DNA of 64,000 nt from Eledone cirrhosa (lineage: Eukaryota): the NCBI GenBank assembly GCA_964016885.1, contig OZ024749.1, positions 30,194,001-30,258,000 on the forward strand, written 5' to 3'. Positions 1 through 14,548 of the stretch are shown in pieces. The notes beneath the pieces are model-generated. The model was not told the DNA's origin. It was given only the letters and a program-made list of their open reading frames with translations, and made no database searches. The position numbers and the translations under genes were made by a program. How positions within the stretch are numbered: position 1 is the stretch's first letter; every line of letters begins with the position of its first letter.

Positions 1-263
1 GTTATATCAGAGTTTTCCTTCTCCTAGAATTCTGCCTTGACAAAGGCTAAGGGGTCATCTCTCCCGGTGATTTTGGATGGCCATTGACTCTTAAGAACTC
101 CTTTGCCCTTTGACAGGTTTTGTTTTTAGTCCTGCAGGATCTCCAAAGTCACCCTCTTCACCAAGAAACCTTGGTGGGGTTGCCAGTTTAGTCTCCAACG
201 ACCCGACCATGATACAGGTTGTACTAGGATACATGTTACCAGTAGCACCAACTGGTGACCTGA
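1..263 (-). mobile_element. 5' part of the ~607-bp non-autonomous RTE-like retroelement (family R), cut by the window edge
   Basis: Reverse complement of the start of the copy at 20309-20915 (TCAGGTCACCAGTTGGTGCTACTGG...GGAGAAGGAAAACTCTGATATAAC). Confidence 0.8.
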
Positions 264-409
264 CATATATATATATATATATATACATATATACACACAC
301 ACACACATATATATTTATATATATATATATATATATATAATGAAAAATTGAACAGGGACAGAACAGAGAGGCAGTACGATAAATGTTTATTAAATTCACG
401 CTCAGGAGA

Positions 410-505
<96 letters not shown>

Positions 506-596
506 GTGTGTGTAATATATATGACTCAACAAAACGCGGATCCTTGCGTTTCTCTGTTATATCTTTCTCCTGCAGCCCTAGATATCTGGCGCCTAT

Positions 597-696
597 TTTC
601 TTCTTCTTCTTCTTCTTCTTCTTCTTCTTCTTCTTCTTCTTCTTCTTCTTCTTCTTCTTCTTCTTCTTCTTCTTCTTCTTTTTCTTCTTCTTCTTC
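597..696. repeat. (TTC)n microsatellite
   Basis: Direct reading. Confidence 0.95.
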
Positions 697-754
697 CGTT
701 TTACCGGAAGATAAGGGAGGATATTCAATTATAATTGTGTGTGTGTGTGTGTGA

Positions 755-824
755 GAGAGTTTGCACGTCCACTTCTGTAAGGTAAATAATTATTTAGGTT
801 AGAGAAGTGGACGTGCAAACTCTC
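755..824. repeat. Short inverted repeat with 22-bp arms
   Basis: GAGAGTTTGCACGTCCACTTCT ... AGAAGTGGACGTGCAAACTCTC, flanked by (GT)n on the left and AC-rich sequence on the right. Confidence 0.85.
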
Positions 825-912
825 ACATATACACGCACAAACACGCACACAAACACACGACAAATAGGCACGCATACATACACACACACATATATATATA
901 CATATATATGAA

Positions 913-946
<34 letters not shown>

Positions 947-1183
947 CATTTAGAAACACACAGATACATGCGGACACACACATATATACATGAATGCATC
1001 CGCACCCAACTGTGAGTTAAGGGTGCCAACTTCACCGATGTTGCTCAATGAATGACTGGGACAGACCAATTCAGTTTGAACCAGACTGAACCAGTATCAG
1101 AGTTAAAAATACATTATGAAGAGAGAAGAAACATTTAGATATAATTAGTAATAAAATGTATCATACCTAAACTGTTCCTAAAT

Positions 1184-1271
1184 TCCTCGACTACGTAGTT
1201 TCGTGGCATAAACAAAAACAATATATCAAAGATATAGAGTCCTTGCGAGGTCTGCCGACTTATCAAGAGGA
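1184..1271 (-). ncRNA. Type I hammerhead ribozyme motif (family A, U3-A8 core variant)
   Basis: Reverse complement of the motif at 2095-2182. Confidence 0.7.
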
Positions 1272-1774
1272 TACCTCATTTTACTAGTCTCAAGAACGCG
1301 TCTACACGACGTGAGAAAGAATCCCAAAAGGCGGAGGGGGAGATAGTCACGCGATATAACGGTCGAGAAACAGAGCTAAGCCTCTTATAACCACGAAAAA
1401 AATACCACGGAGGCGGAGGGGGTATTCATATCGAGGCCGTAGAAGAGGTAGTGAAGAAGGCGAGAAGTATGAGTAATGGAAGCTTTCCAGTTGTCCCCAC
1501 ACTTCAAAGATTGCTCGACCAGAGGGAGTTATTAATACATTTAGAAACACACAGATACATGCGGACACACACATATATACATGAATGCATCCGCACCCAA
1601 CTGTGAGTTAAGGGTGCCAACTTCACCGATGTTGCTCAATGAATGACTGGGACAGACCAATTCAGTTTGAACCAGACTGAACCAGTATCAGAGTTAAAAA
1701 TACATTATGAAGAGAGAAGAAACATTTAGATATAATTAGTAATAAAATGTATCATACCTAAACTGTTCCTAAAT

Positions 1775-1862
1775 TCCTCGACTACGTAGTTTCGTGGCAT
1801 AAACAAAAACAATATATCAAAGATATAGAGTCCTTGCGAGGTCTGCCGACTTATCAAGAGGA
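1775..1862 (-). ncRNA. Type I hammerhead ribozyme motif (family A)
   Basis: Matches 1184-1271, 591 bp away. Confidence 0.7.
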
Positions 1863-2094
1863 TACCTCATTTTACTAGTCTCAAGAACGCGTCTACACGA
1901 CGTGAGAAAGAATCCCAAAAGGCGGAGGGGGAGATAGTCACGCGATATAACGGTCGAGAAACAGAGCTAAGCCTCTTATAACCACGAAAAAAATGTTTCT
2001 CGACCGTTATATCGCGTGACTATCTCCCCCTCCGCCTTTTGGGATTCTTTCTCACGTCGTGTAGACGCGTTCTTGAGACTAGTAAAATGAGGTA

Positions 2095-2182
2095 TCCTCT
2101 TGATAAGTCGGCAGACCTCGCAAGGACTCTATATCTTTGATATATTGTTTTTGTTTATGCCACGAAACTACGTAGTCGAGGA
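2095..2182 (+). ncRNA. Type I hammerhead ribozyme motif (family A)
   Basis: Stem I TCCTC/GAGGA, core TTGATAA, stem II GT(C)GGCA...TGCCAC with a long loop, GAAA, palindromic stem III ACTACGTAGT, GUC triplet. Confidence 0.72.
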
Positions 2183-2251
2183 ATTTAGGAACAGTTTAGG
2201 TATGATACATTTTATTACTAATTATATCTAAATGTTTCTTCTCTCTTCATA

Positions 2252-2333
<82 letters not shown>

Positions 2334-2335
<2 letters not shown>

Positions 2336-2534
2336 CGAAGGAAATGTGGTAAAGAACCAGACCATAACGCACCAACCTACTCAATACTTAGGGTAGTAGA
2401 ATGGGTAATAGTAACAAGTATGACCCTGACGACAGAGCTCAAGCCGTTTCGACGGCTAATTCTGGACTCAATTCTGAGTCCAGAATTAGCCGTCGAAACG
2501 GCTTGAGCTCTGCCGTCGGGGTCATACTTGTTCC
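2334..2534 (-). mobile_element. Palindromic Penelope-like terminus (family B) with a one-sided tail, in (TA)n
   Basis: Inverted arms containing TCCAGAATTAGCCGTCGAAACGGCTTGAGCTC..GCCGTCGGGGTC; related copies at 11311, 11604, 18107 and 28373. Confidence 0.7.
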
Positions 2535-2557
2535 TATATATATATATATATAAATAT

Positions 2558-3155
2558 ATAATGAAGCTTTAAATAGAGCAGGCTATATAAATAAGATTAA
2601 ATACATCGATAACAGTGATAAGGCAAATAACCCTACTATTAATTATAATTACAATAAAAAATTTAACTTAAACTCTAAAACTAACAGAAGAAATAGAACT
2701 AGAAATATAATTTGGTACTCACTCCCATTCTCATTAAGCGTTAAAACACCTTTAGCAAAGCTATTCTTTAAAGCACTAGATAAATGTTTTCTAAAAGCCC
2801 ATAGATACCACTCAATATTTTACAGACATACAATAAAACTCTCTTACTCTACTACTATGAACATAGCACAAAATATAAATAGAATAAATAATAGAAATTT
2901 AAACCATAACCAAAATAGCAGTAATATCTCTAGCAATATCCAACATAATAGTACCGTTCCGAATAAATCAACTCCGCTAAACGTAACTGTAGAATTAAAT
3001 CAAACTGTCCTTTAAAAGATAAGTGCTTAGATAAGGACGTGGTCTATAAATGCACAGTCAAAACCAGTGATAATATATTTAACTATGTAGGTTCAACTTC
3101 TACAAACTTTAAAAGTCGTTGGAATAATCACAAATGCTCTTTCCGAAAACTTGCT
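2558..3155 (+). pseudogene. Decayed Penelope-like (Naiad-type) ORF fragment: RT thumb, Cys motif and start of GIY-YIG endonuclease
   Basis: Translates (with frameshift) to NEALNRAGY...RNRTRNIIWYSLPFS..VKTPLAKLF...TIKLSYSTT and NCRIKSNCPLKDKC..DVVYKC...YVGSTSTNFKSRWNNHK; homologous to the 14567 and 51821 fragments. Confidence 0.85.
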
Positions 3156-4449
3156 AAAAAATCTTTAATTTTTAATTTTAATATTTTTTAAGTTTTTTAA
3201 TTCTTTATTTTTTAATTCTTAAGTTTTTCATATATTTTAAAAATTACTTATTATTTTTTTAAAAATTTACTTATCTCTTATAAATTATTTAAAAAATATT
3301 TTCCCGGATTTAAACATTTTTTTATATCTTTTATTAAATTTATAACCACTAACTAATTCAGGCTAAATATATCTTTCAACTTTTATATCTTTTACATTTA
3401 AACTTATTTTGACAAAATAGTCTCATACTAACGAATAAATAAACAAAACTTTAGTTTTTTTCCGTATCTTCCCAATTTAAAATATATAAATATAAATATT
3501 CTTATTAACTCAGTTAACTTACATAGACATAAACCAATATCCCTCATAACTCATTAAAACAATTATCTATAACACCATATACCCGTCTATCCATTTATCT
3601 ATCTATTTATCTATTTATCTATTTATTGATTTATTTTTCTATTTACTTTTCTATTTATTTTTCTATTTATTTTTCTATCTATCTTTTTTCTAACTATTTA
3701 TTTTTTTCTATCTAATTTTATATATATTTATTTTTCTCTATATATCTATTTATTTTTCTATCTACTTATAATAGTAAATATTATATTAGAAAAGAATTTT
3801 AACAACTAAATAATCGTAAATATACGTACCATTAGTAATATATACTTAAAATTTATTCCCCATACTAACGTTACATGAGTTCTATTCATCCTCTTGTTAA
3901 TCTCTTCTCTCTATCTCTGTCGTAATATTAATATTTTTTCTTCTCTCTCTTTCCTCTCTATCTTTCTCCAGTGTCATTTAAATTTTGTTTAATGACGGTT
4001 ATTTTTTCAATTAATTACATATTCATTTGCATATTCACACATAAGTTTGAATAATCCCAAATATATTTCCACTATGCAGTGAATCCCAACCGATAAGGTA
4101 TAATTTTCATGGGTACGTTTCTGTTTATAAAACAAACTTTGTATTTTATCTGATGAAAGCGTACCAATGTTGTCTTGGTTGCCCTTGAAATATATATGAT
4201 AAAATAAATATGGTTTTATAAATATAGTTGCCATTTATTTAATATCGTGGTATATATTCATATATATATATGTATATATATATATTCATATATATATATA
4301 TATATATACACATACACTTACATATATATATATATAAACACACATGTACATATATATGTATATTATGTGTGTATATTTGTATAATCATACGTAACATAGA
4401 CACTTAATTGCACGAACTACCCCCTCACACACACAGGCCCACAAACATG

Positions 4450-4485
<36 letters not shown>

Positions 4486-4493
4486 CCCCCCCC

Positions 4494-4532
<39 letters not shown>

Positions 4533-4666
4533 AAAGTGAGGTTTTTTATTACAAAATGAAAAATAACCGAGGTGTTCTACACGAGTGAAAGTATAAAGAA
4601 AAAGAGGTGAAATCGAAAATGCAACTGGAGTCTTATTTTAAAATAATATATATATTTATTTGGTTC

Positions 4667-4702
4667 CTTTACCGGTTTCGCAGTTCTTCTGCTTTTCAAA
4701 AG
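4667..4702 (-). ncRNA. Minimal type I hammerhead-like motif (family E)
   Basis: Minus strand: CTT TTGAAAA GCAG aagaa CTGC GAAA CCGG TA AAG; palindromic stem III ACCGGT; stem I is only 3 bp. Confidence 0.5.
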
Positions 4703-4895
4703 TAGAGTTGAGATAGAGGGTTTGTGGTTTTTCTCACATCTGGTTGGTCTCTGAATGTTACTTGTTTTATATGGAAAAAGTGGCTCGAAATGCCAGGTTT
4801 TTCGAGAAGTAATTTGATTGGTTGGTCAATAATTATAATAAATTTCACGCCAGTTCGCGTTACAAAGTTCTTCAAACAAGAGGGGGGGGGGGGGG

Positions 4896-4929
<34 letters not shown>

Positions 4930-5091
4930 CACAGGTTGTTTTTTCATATATGAGTGTTTGAATTTCTTTTTACTTAAAAAAAAGGGGCCTCACGAAGGCT
5001 TTTTTTAAATAAACGTAATTTGATATATATATATATATATCAAACTCGTTGATATATAATTTGATATATATATATATATATCAAACTCGTT

Positions 5092-8000
5092 GGATAAAAC
5101 TCGTTGACAACGTAAACTCCATTCCACTTATTCTAGTAGGCTTTTATATTTATATGTGAGCTGATAGAGTACTGTCTAAGGATTTACAGAAACCCATGAA
5201 GCTAGATTTAACACCTTTCTAGTGGGTCCGGGTATGATTTTACATTCATTTAAATTATTGACGTGTTGTTTTATTGATATTTTTTATCTGTTTGGCCCGA
5301 ATCTTCCTTTATCGATTTTGAATCGTATGGTTGATTGTAGACTTGTTCTATATGTGACGGTATTTTAACGATAGTTATAGCTCTGATTCATCTGAATTAT
5401 TGAGCCCTCTGCCGCTCATATCGGATTTCGTTTTTCGTTAACTCGTGCGCCGATTTTTCGATACTCGATCTTTCTAATATATTTAGCTCTGGACATAGCT
5501 ATCCACCAGTTAATTTTATTGCTCATATTTTGTCGATTCTATTGAGTGATGAATAGCTTTTGTTTTATTTTAACATGTCTATTGAGCACTCTAATTCGAT
5601 ATGTGTATTTCCACATTCACTCGAATTATTTTCGCGGATATGGGGGTCATCTCCCTTGTCTAATGCCATGTGCGTTTTTCACCGCTAGTTGACTCCTTTG
5701 CCGCCAGGATAAAACTCGTTGACAACGTAAACTCCATTCCACTTATTCTAGTAGGCTTTTATATTTATATGTGAGCTGATAGAGTACTGTCTAAGGATTT
5801 ACAGAAACCCATGAAGCTAGATTTAACACCTTTCTAGTGGGTCCGGGTATGATTTTACATTCATTTAAATTATTGACGTGTTGTTTTATTGATATTTTTT
5901 ATCTGTTTGGCCCGAATCTTCCTTTATCGATTTTGAATCGTATGGTTGATTGTAGACTTGTTCTATATGTGACGGTATTTTAACGATAGTTATAGCTCTG
6001 ATTCATCTGAATTATTGAGCCCTCTGCCGCTCATATCGGATTTCGTTTTTCGTTAACTCGTGCGCCGATTTTTCGATACTCGATCTTTCTAATATATTTA
6101 GCTCTGGACATAGCTATCCACCAGTTAATTTTATTGCTCATATTTTGTCGATTCTATTGAGTGATGAATAGCTTTTGTTTTATTTTAACATGTCTATTGA
6201 GCACTCTAATTCGATATGTGTATTTCCACATTCACTCGAATTATTTTCGCGGATATGGGGGTCATCTCCCTTGTCTAATGCCATGTGCGTTTTTCACCGC
6301 TAGTTGACTCCTTTGCCGCCAGGATAAAACTCGTTGACAACGTAAACTCCATTCCACTTATTCTAGTAGGCTTTTATATTTATATGTGAGCTGATAGAGT
6401 ACTGTCTAAGGATTTACAGAAACCCATGAAGCTAGATTTAACACCTTTCTAGTGGGTCCGGGTATGATTTTACATTCATTTAAATTATTGACGTGTTGTT
6501 TTATTGATATTTTTTATCTGTTTGGCCCGAATCTTCCTTTATCGATTTTGAATCGTATGGTTGATTGTAGACTTGTTCTATATGTGACGGTATTTTAACG
6601 ATAGTTATAGCTCTGATTCATCTGAATTATTGAGCCCTCTGCCGCTCATATCGGATTTCGTTTTTCGTTAACTCGTGCGCCGATTTTTCGATACTCGATC
6701 TTTCTAATATATTTAGCTCTGGACATAGCTATCCACCAGTTAATTTTATTGCTCATATTTTGTCGATTCTATTGAGTGATGAATAGCTTTTGTTTTATTT
6801 TAACATGTCTATTGAGCACTCTAATTCGATATGTGTATTTCCACATTCACTCGAATTATTTTCGCGGATATGGGGGTCATCTCCCTTGTCTAATGCCATG
6901 TGCGTTTTTCACCGCTAGTTGACTCCTTTGCCGCCAGGATAAAACTCGTTGACAACGTAAACTCCATTCCACTTATTCTAGTAGGCTTTTATATTTATAT
7001 GTGAGCTGATAGAGTACTGTCTAAGGATTTACAGAAACCCATGAAGCTAGATTTAACACCTTTCTAGTGGGTCCGGGTATGATTTTACATTCATTTAAAT
7101 TATTGACGTGTTGTTTTATTGATATTTTTTATCTGTTTGGCCCGAATCTTCCTTTATCGATTTTGAATCGTATGGTTGATTGTAGACTTGTTCTATATGT
7201 GACGGTATTTTAACGATAGTTATAGCTCTGATTCATCTGAATTATTGAGCCCTCTGCCGCTCATATCGGATTTCGTTTTTCGTTAACTCGTGCGCCGATT
7301 TTTCGATACTCGATCTTTCTAATATATTTAGCTCTGGACATAGCTATCCACCAGTTAATTTTATTGCTCATATTTTGTCGATTCTATTGAGTGATGAATA
7401 GCTTTTGTTTTATTTTAACATGTCTATTGAGCACTCTAATTCGATATGTGTATTTCCACATTCACTCGAATTATTTTCGCGGATATGGGGGTCATCTCCC
7501 TTGTCTAATGCCATGTGCGTTTTTCACCGCTAGTTGACTCCTTTGCCGCCAGGATAAAACTCGTTGACAACGTAAACTCCATTCCACTTATTCTAGTAGG
7601 CTTTTATATTTATATGTGAGCTGATAGAGTACTGTCTAAGGATTTACAGAAACCCATGAAGCTAGATTTAACACCTTTCTAGTGGGTCCGGGTATGATTT
7701 TACATTCATTTAAATTATTGACGTGTTGTTTTATTGATATTTTTTATCTGTTTGGCCCGAATCTTCCTTTATCGATTTTGAATCGTATGGTTGATTGTAG
7801 ACTTGTTCTATATGTGACGGTATTTTAACGATAGTTATAGCTCTGATTCATCTGAATTATTGAGCCCTCTGCCGCTCATATCGGATTTCGTTTTTCGTTA
7901 ACTCGTGCGCCGATTTTTCGATACTCGATCTTTCTAATATATTTAGCTCTGGACATAGCTATCCACCAGTTAATTTTATTGCTCATATTTTGTCGATTCT

Positions 8001-11000
8001 ATTGAGTGATGAATAGCTTTTGTTTTATTTTAACATGTCTATTGAGCACTCTAATTCGATATGTGTATTTCCACATTCACTCGAATTATTTTCGCGGATA
8101 TGGGGGTCATCTCCCTTGTCTAATGCCATGTGCGTTTTTCACCGCTAGTTGACTCCTTTGCCGCCAGGATAAAACTCGTTGACAACGTAAACTCCATTCC
8201 ACTTATTCTAGTAGGCTTTTATATTTATATGTGAGCTGATAGAGTACTGTCTAAGGATTTACAGAAACCCATGAAGCTAGATTTAACACCTTTCTAGTGG
8301 GTCCGGGTATGATTTTACATTCATTTAAATTATTGACGTGTTGTTTTATTGATATTTTTTATCTGTTTGGCCCGAATCTTCCTTTATCGATTTTGAATCG
8401 TATGGTTGATTGTAGACTTGTTCTATATGTGACGGTATTTTAACGATAGTTATAGCTCTGATTCATCTGAATTATTGAGCCCTCTGCCGCTCATATCGGA
8501 TTTCGTTTTTCGTTAACTCGTGCGCCGATTTTTCGATACTCGATCTTTCTAATATATTTAGCTCTGGACATAGCTATCCACCAGTTAATTTTATTGCTCA
8601 TATTTTGTCGATTCTATTGAGTGATGAATAGCTTTTGTTTTATTTTAACATGTCTATTGAGCACTCTAATTCGATATGTGTATTTCCACATTCACTCGAA
8701 TTATTTTCGCGGATATGGGGGTCATCTCCCTTGTCTAATGCCATGTGCGTTTTTCACCGCTAGTTGACTCCTTTGCCGCCAGGATAAAACTCGTTGACAA
8801 CGTAAACTCCATTCCACTTATTCTAGTAGGCTTTTATATTTATATGTGAGCTGATAGAGTACTGTCTAAGGATTTACAGAAACCCATGAAGCTAGATTTA
8901 ACACCTTTCTAGTGGGTCCGGGTATGATTTTACATTCATTTAAATTATTGACGTGTTGTTTTATTGATATTTTTTATCTGTTTGGCCCGAATCTTCCTTT
9001 ATCGATTTTGAATCGTATGGTTGATTGTAGACTTGTTCTATATGTGACGGTATTTTAACGATAGTTATAGCTCTGATTCATCTGAATTATTGAGCCCTCT
9101 GCCGCTCATATCGGATTTCGTTTTTCGTTAACTCGTGCGCCGATTTTTCGATACTCGATCTTTCTAATATATTTAGCTCTGGACATAGCTATCCACCAGT
9201 TAATTTTATTGCTCATATTTTGTCGATTCTATTGAGTGATGAATAGCTTTTGTTTTATTTTAACATGTCTATTGAGCACTCTAATTCGATATGTGTATTT
9301 CCACATTCACTCGAATTATTTTCGCGGATATGGGGGTCATCTCCCTTGTCTAATGCCATGTGCGTTTTTCACCGCTAGTTGACTCCTTTGCCGCCAGGAT
9401 AAAACTCGTTGACAACGTAAACTCCATTCCACTTATTCTAGTAGGCTTTTATATTTATATGTGAGCTGATAGAGTACTGTCTAAGGATTTACAGAAACCC
9501 ATGAAGCTAGATTTAACACCTTTCTAGTGGGTCCGGGTATGATTTTACATTCATTTAAATTATTGACGTGTTGTTTTATTGATATTTTTTATCTGTTTGG
9601 CCCGAATCTTCCTTTATCGATTTTGAATCGTATGGTTGATTGTAGACTTGTTCTATATGTGACGGTATTTTAACGATAGTTATAGCTCTGATTCATCTGA
9701 ATTATTGAGCCCTCTGCCGCTCATATCGGATTTCGTTTTTCGTTAACTCGTGCGCCGATTTTTCGATACTCGATCTTTCTAATATATTTAGCTCTGGACA
9801 TAGCTATCCACCAGTTAATTTTATTGCTCATATTTTGTCGATTCTATTGAGTGATGAATAGCTTTTGTTTTATTTTAACATGTCTATTGAGCACTCTAAT
9901 TCGATATGTGTATTTCCACATTCACTCGAATTATTTTCGCGGATATGGGGGTCATCTCCCTTGTCTAATGCCATGTGCGTTTTTCACCGCTAGTTGACTC
10001 CTTTGCCGCCAGGATAAAACTCGTTGACAACGTAAACTCCATTCCACTTATTCTAGTAGGCTTTTATATTTATATGTGAGCTGATAGAGTACTGTCTAAG
10101 GATTTACAGAAACCCATGAAGCTAGATTTAACACCTTTCTAGTGGGTCCGGGTATGATTTTACATTCATTTAAATTATTGACGTGTTGTTTTATTGATAT
10201 TTTTTATCTGTTTGGCCCGAATCTTCCTTTATCGATTTTGAATCGTATGGTTGATTGTAGACTTGTTCTATATGTGACGGTATTTTAACGATAGTTATAG
10301 CTCTGATTCATCTGAATTATTGAGCCCTCTGCCGCTCATATCGGATTTCGTTTTTCGTTAACTCGTGCGCCGATTTTTCGATACTCGATCTTTCTAATAT
10401 ATTTAGCTCTGGACATAGCTATCCACCAGTTAATTTTATTGCTCATATTTTGTCGATTCTATTGAGTGATGAATAGCTTTTGTTTTATTTTAACATGTCT
10501 ATTGAGCACTCTAATTCGATATGTGTATTTCCACATTCACTCGAATTATTTTCGCGGATATGGGGGTCATCTCCCTTGTCTAATGCCATGTGCGTTTTTC
10601 ACCGCTAGTTGACTCCTTTGCCGCCAGGATAAAACTCGTTGACAACGTAAACTCCATTCCACTTATTCTAGTAGGCTTTTATATTTATATGTGAGCTGAT
10701 AGAGTACTGTCTAAGGATTTACAGAAACCCATGAAGCTAGATTTAACACCTTTCTAGTGGGTCCGGGTATGATTTTACATTCATTTAAATTATTGACGTG
10801 TTGTTTTATTGATATTTTTTATCTGTTTGGCCCGAATCTTCCTTTATCGATTTTGAATCGTATGGTTGATTGTAGACTTGTTCTATATGTGACGGTATTT
10901 TAACGATAGTTATAGCTCTGATTCATCTGAATTATTGAGCCCTCTGCCGCTCATATCGGATTTCGTTTTTCGTTAACTCGTGCGCCGATTTTTCGATACT

Positions 11001-11012
11001 CGATCTTTCTAA
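5092..11012. repeat. Tandem array of a 615-bp unit, ~9.6 copies
   Basis: GGATAAAACTCGTTGACAACG recurs at 5092, 5707, 6322, 6937, 7552, 8167, 8782, 9397, 10012 and 10627; no differences seen by eye; no long ORF; (TA)n on both sides. Confidence 0.97.
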
Positions 11013-11028
11013 TATATATATATATATA

Positions 11029-11145
11029 TATAGAATTCGCTACTTAATCTATATATGACATGTAACAAACTAATTGCATATATATATATATATATGCAAT
11101 TTGTTTGTTACATGTCATATATAGATTAAGTAGCGAATTCTATAG
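11029..11145. repeat. Palindrome with ~50-bp arms around a (TA)n centre
   Basis: TATAGAATTCGCTACTTAATC...TGCA(TA)nTGCA...GATTAAGTAGCGAATTCTATA. Confidence 0.85.
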
Positions 11146-11310
11146 AGCTGTGTTGTTATTATAAAACAAATGTTTTTGTTTTTTACATTTCTGTATTAGT
11201 TTTCACAGTGATGGATTTTATTTTAATTGAACAACCAATGCCATTCAGCTGATAATATCACTGTGTATATAATGAATAAAAGTATATATATATATATATA
11301 TATATATATA

Positions 11311-11792
<482 letters not shown>

Positions 11793-11817
11793 ATAAATAT
11801 ATATATATATTATAATA

Positions 11818-11886
11818 TAATTGTTTCTACTTTTGGCACAAAGCCACCAAATCCCCAGTGCATTACTGGTAATTTATTTTATCGAC
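11818..11886 (-). mobile_element. 3' fragment of the tRNA-derived Nin/Deu-domain SINE
   Basis: Reverse complement resembles GTCGATAAAATAAA.TACCAGTAATGCACTGGG...TTGTGCCAAAAGTAGAAACAATTA. Confidence 0.65.
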
Positions 11887-11904
11887 ATAATATGAAATAA
11901 TACG

Positions 11905-12027
<123 letters not shown>

Positions 12028-12071
12028 TATATATATACATATATATATATAAATATATATATATACATATA

Positions 12072-12231
<160 letters not shown>

Positions 12232-12684
12232 AGTATGTATACGTACATACATATATGTGTCCAGACGCACCGTAGTATGTATATACATACATACATGCAT
12301 ATATATATATATATATGTACGTATGGGTTTACCGAACATTTATTATAATACTCGGTTTGTTTGTAAACAAATAGCCCGAATTATATATATATACATATCT
12401 GATATATATATATATATCTGATATATATATATCTGATATATTTATATATCTCATATATTATATTATATAAATATTTCATTATATTATATTATATATATAT
12501 ATATAATATATATACACACATATATATATGTATATATATTATAGATATACACATTAACACGCACATACACACACACACAAATATTACATATCAATGTGAT
12601 TTATAAGAGATAAGCAGAAATTCTGTGGCATTAATACCAACATCATTGGATTTTAATCCTGCCCACGCCTCCCCTCTATTAACC

Positions 12685-12744
<60 letters not shown>

Positions 12745-12831
12745 ATGTAGAAGTATATAAATATATATAAATATATATATGTATGTATAAATATATATTT
12801 ACATATATATATATGAATATAAATATATATT

Positions 12832-12862
<31 letters not shown>

Positions 12863-12908
12863 CGAATGTAGAAGTATATAAATATATATATACATATATA
12901 TATGTATG

Positions 12909-12944
<36 letters not shown>

Positions 12945-13118
12945 ATGTAGAAGTATGTAAATATATATATATATGTATGTATAAATATATATTTACATAT
13001 ATATATATGAATATAAATATATATTTAGATACATATTTATTTATATATATATCGAATGTAGAAGTATATAAATATATATTTACATATATATATATGTATA
13101 TAAATAAATAAAAAAAAC

Positions 13119-13181
<63 letters not shown>

Positions 13182-13269
13182 CTAGTTATTTATATACATA
13201 TATATATATATCTAGTTATTTATATATATATATATATCTAGTTATTTATATACATATATATATATCTAG

Positions 13270-13346
<77 letters not shown>

Positions 13347-13589
13347 TTCGGTTTTATCACCAGGAACCCTCCTGCTTTGAATATATCTTCCTGATTAACT
13401 TTATGCATATGAAGTCCTATGAATGTATATCGTATTTATCCTTGCATACATCTATCTACCTACGTATCTCTTTCTCTCCCACTCTCTGTATATATATATA
13501 GAGAGAGATAGAGAGCGCGAAAGAGAGAGAGAGATATAAAGATATATATATATATAAATACGTACATATATGTATATATATATATATAG

Positions 13590-13793
13590 GTTTTAATATA
13601 GATGAGATTCTACAGGACTAGAACTGTTTCATTCTTCAGAAACCATCAGGAATCCCTGAGATTCCTGATGATTTCTGAAGAATGAAACAGTTCTAGTCCT
13701 GTAGAATCTCATCTATATTAAAACTTTTATACTCTGCTATGTATTGAGTACCTTACTTACTGTGGTTACCTCCGATTCAACCCGGAATAACGT
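13590..13793 (+). mobile_element. Palindromic Penelope-like terminus (family C) with two divergent hammerheads and a ~65-bp tail
   Basis: Inverted arms 13590-13654 and 13660-13724; tail TTATACTCTGCTATG...CCCGGAATAACG is shared with 15420-15487 and 21326-21393. Confidence 0.8.
13658..13710 (+). ncRNA. Type I hammerhead ribozyme motif (family C)
   Basis: Stem I GAGATTC/GAATCTC, core CTGATGA, stem II TTC-tgaa-GAA, GAAA, stem III ACAG/CTGT, GUA triplet; the minus-strand copy at 13604-13654 has CTGATGG. Confidence 0.8.
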
Positions 13794-13822
13794 ATATATA
13801 TATATACACACATATATATATG

Positions 13823-13975
<153 letters not shown>

Positions 13976-14482
13976 AAAGCTTGATAGTGAAAGTGATAGA
14001 CAAACAGAGAGAGAGAGAGAGAGAAATAGAATAATAGTTAGTACATAGATAGATTAACAGATAGATTAACAGATAGATAGACAGATAGATAGCTAGATAG
14101 ATAGATGGCTACATAGATAGATAGGCCCAGAGGTAGATAGAGAGATTTTCACAGGTAGATAGGAAAGTGATAACCGATCTATCCACGTCAACAATCCCAT
14201 CTTTTCAGATGACTTAACCCTGAGGTGTAAATACCGATTAGGTATACATGAAAGTTAAATTTACATATCACATTTGTTATTTACCGTGAAAGCGATAATG
14301 CCTCGTCAGCGGCGAACAAATTAATCGAATGATATATGATACTGCCAGAAAATGTTCCTTAGGGTACAGAATAGGAGTCGCTTTATCGTCACCGTGCGTG
14401 TTGGATTGAGGCACTCCTGTGGTATGTGTGTATAATGGTATAAACGCTGAGTATATATATATATATATATATACACATACAG

Positions 14483-14544
<62 letters not shown>

Positions 14545-14548
<4 letters not shown>

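Larger units (their letters stand above)
946..2257 (-). mobile_element. Non-coding Penelope pLTR/retrozyme-like element: 591-bp-period direct repeat followed by an inverted partial copy, in (TA)n
   Basis: 946-1402 is repeated at 1537-1993; 1996-2257 is the reverse complement of ~1700-1961; each copy has a hammerhead motif. Confidence 0.75.

Noticed and set aside
5092-11012. CRISPR array or coding tandem gene array
   Set aside because: Units repeat in full with no unique spacers, there is no long ORF, and the context is eukaryotic
12740-13270. Repeated ATCGAATGTAGAAGTAT and ATCTAGTTAT motifs; also short duplications at 17722-17816 and 51298-51352
   Set aside because: Ordinary slippage-type local duplications
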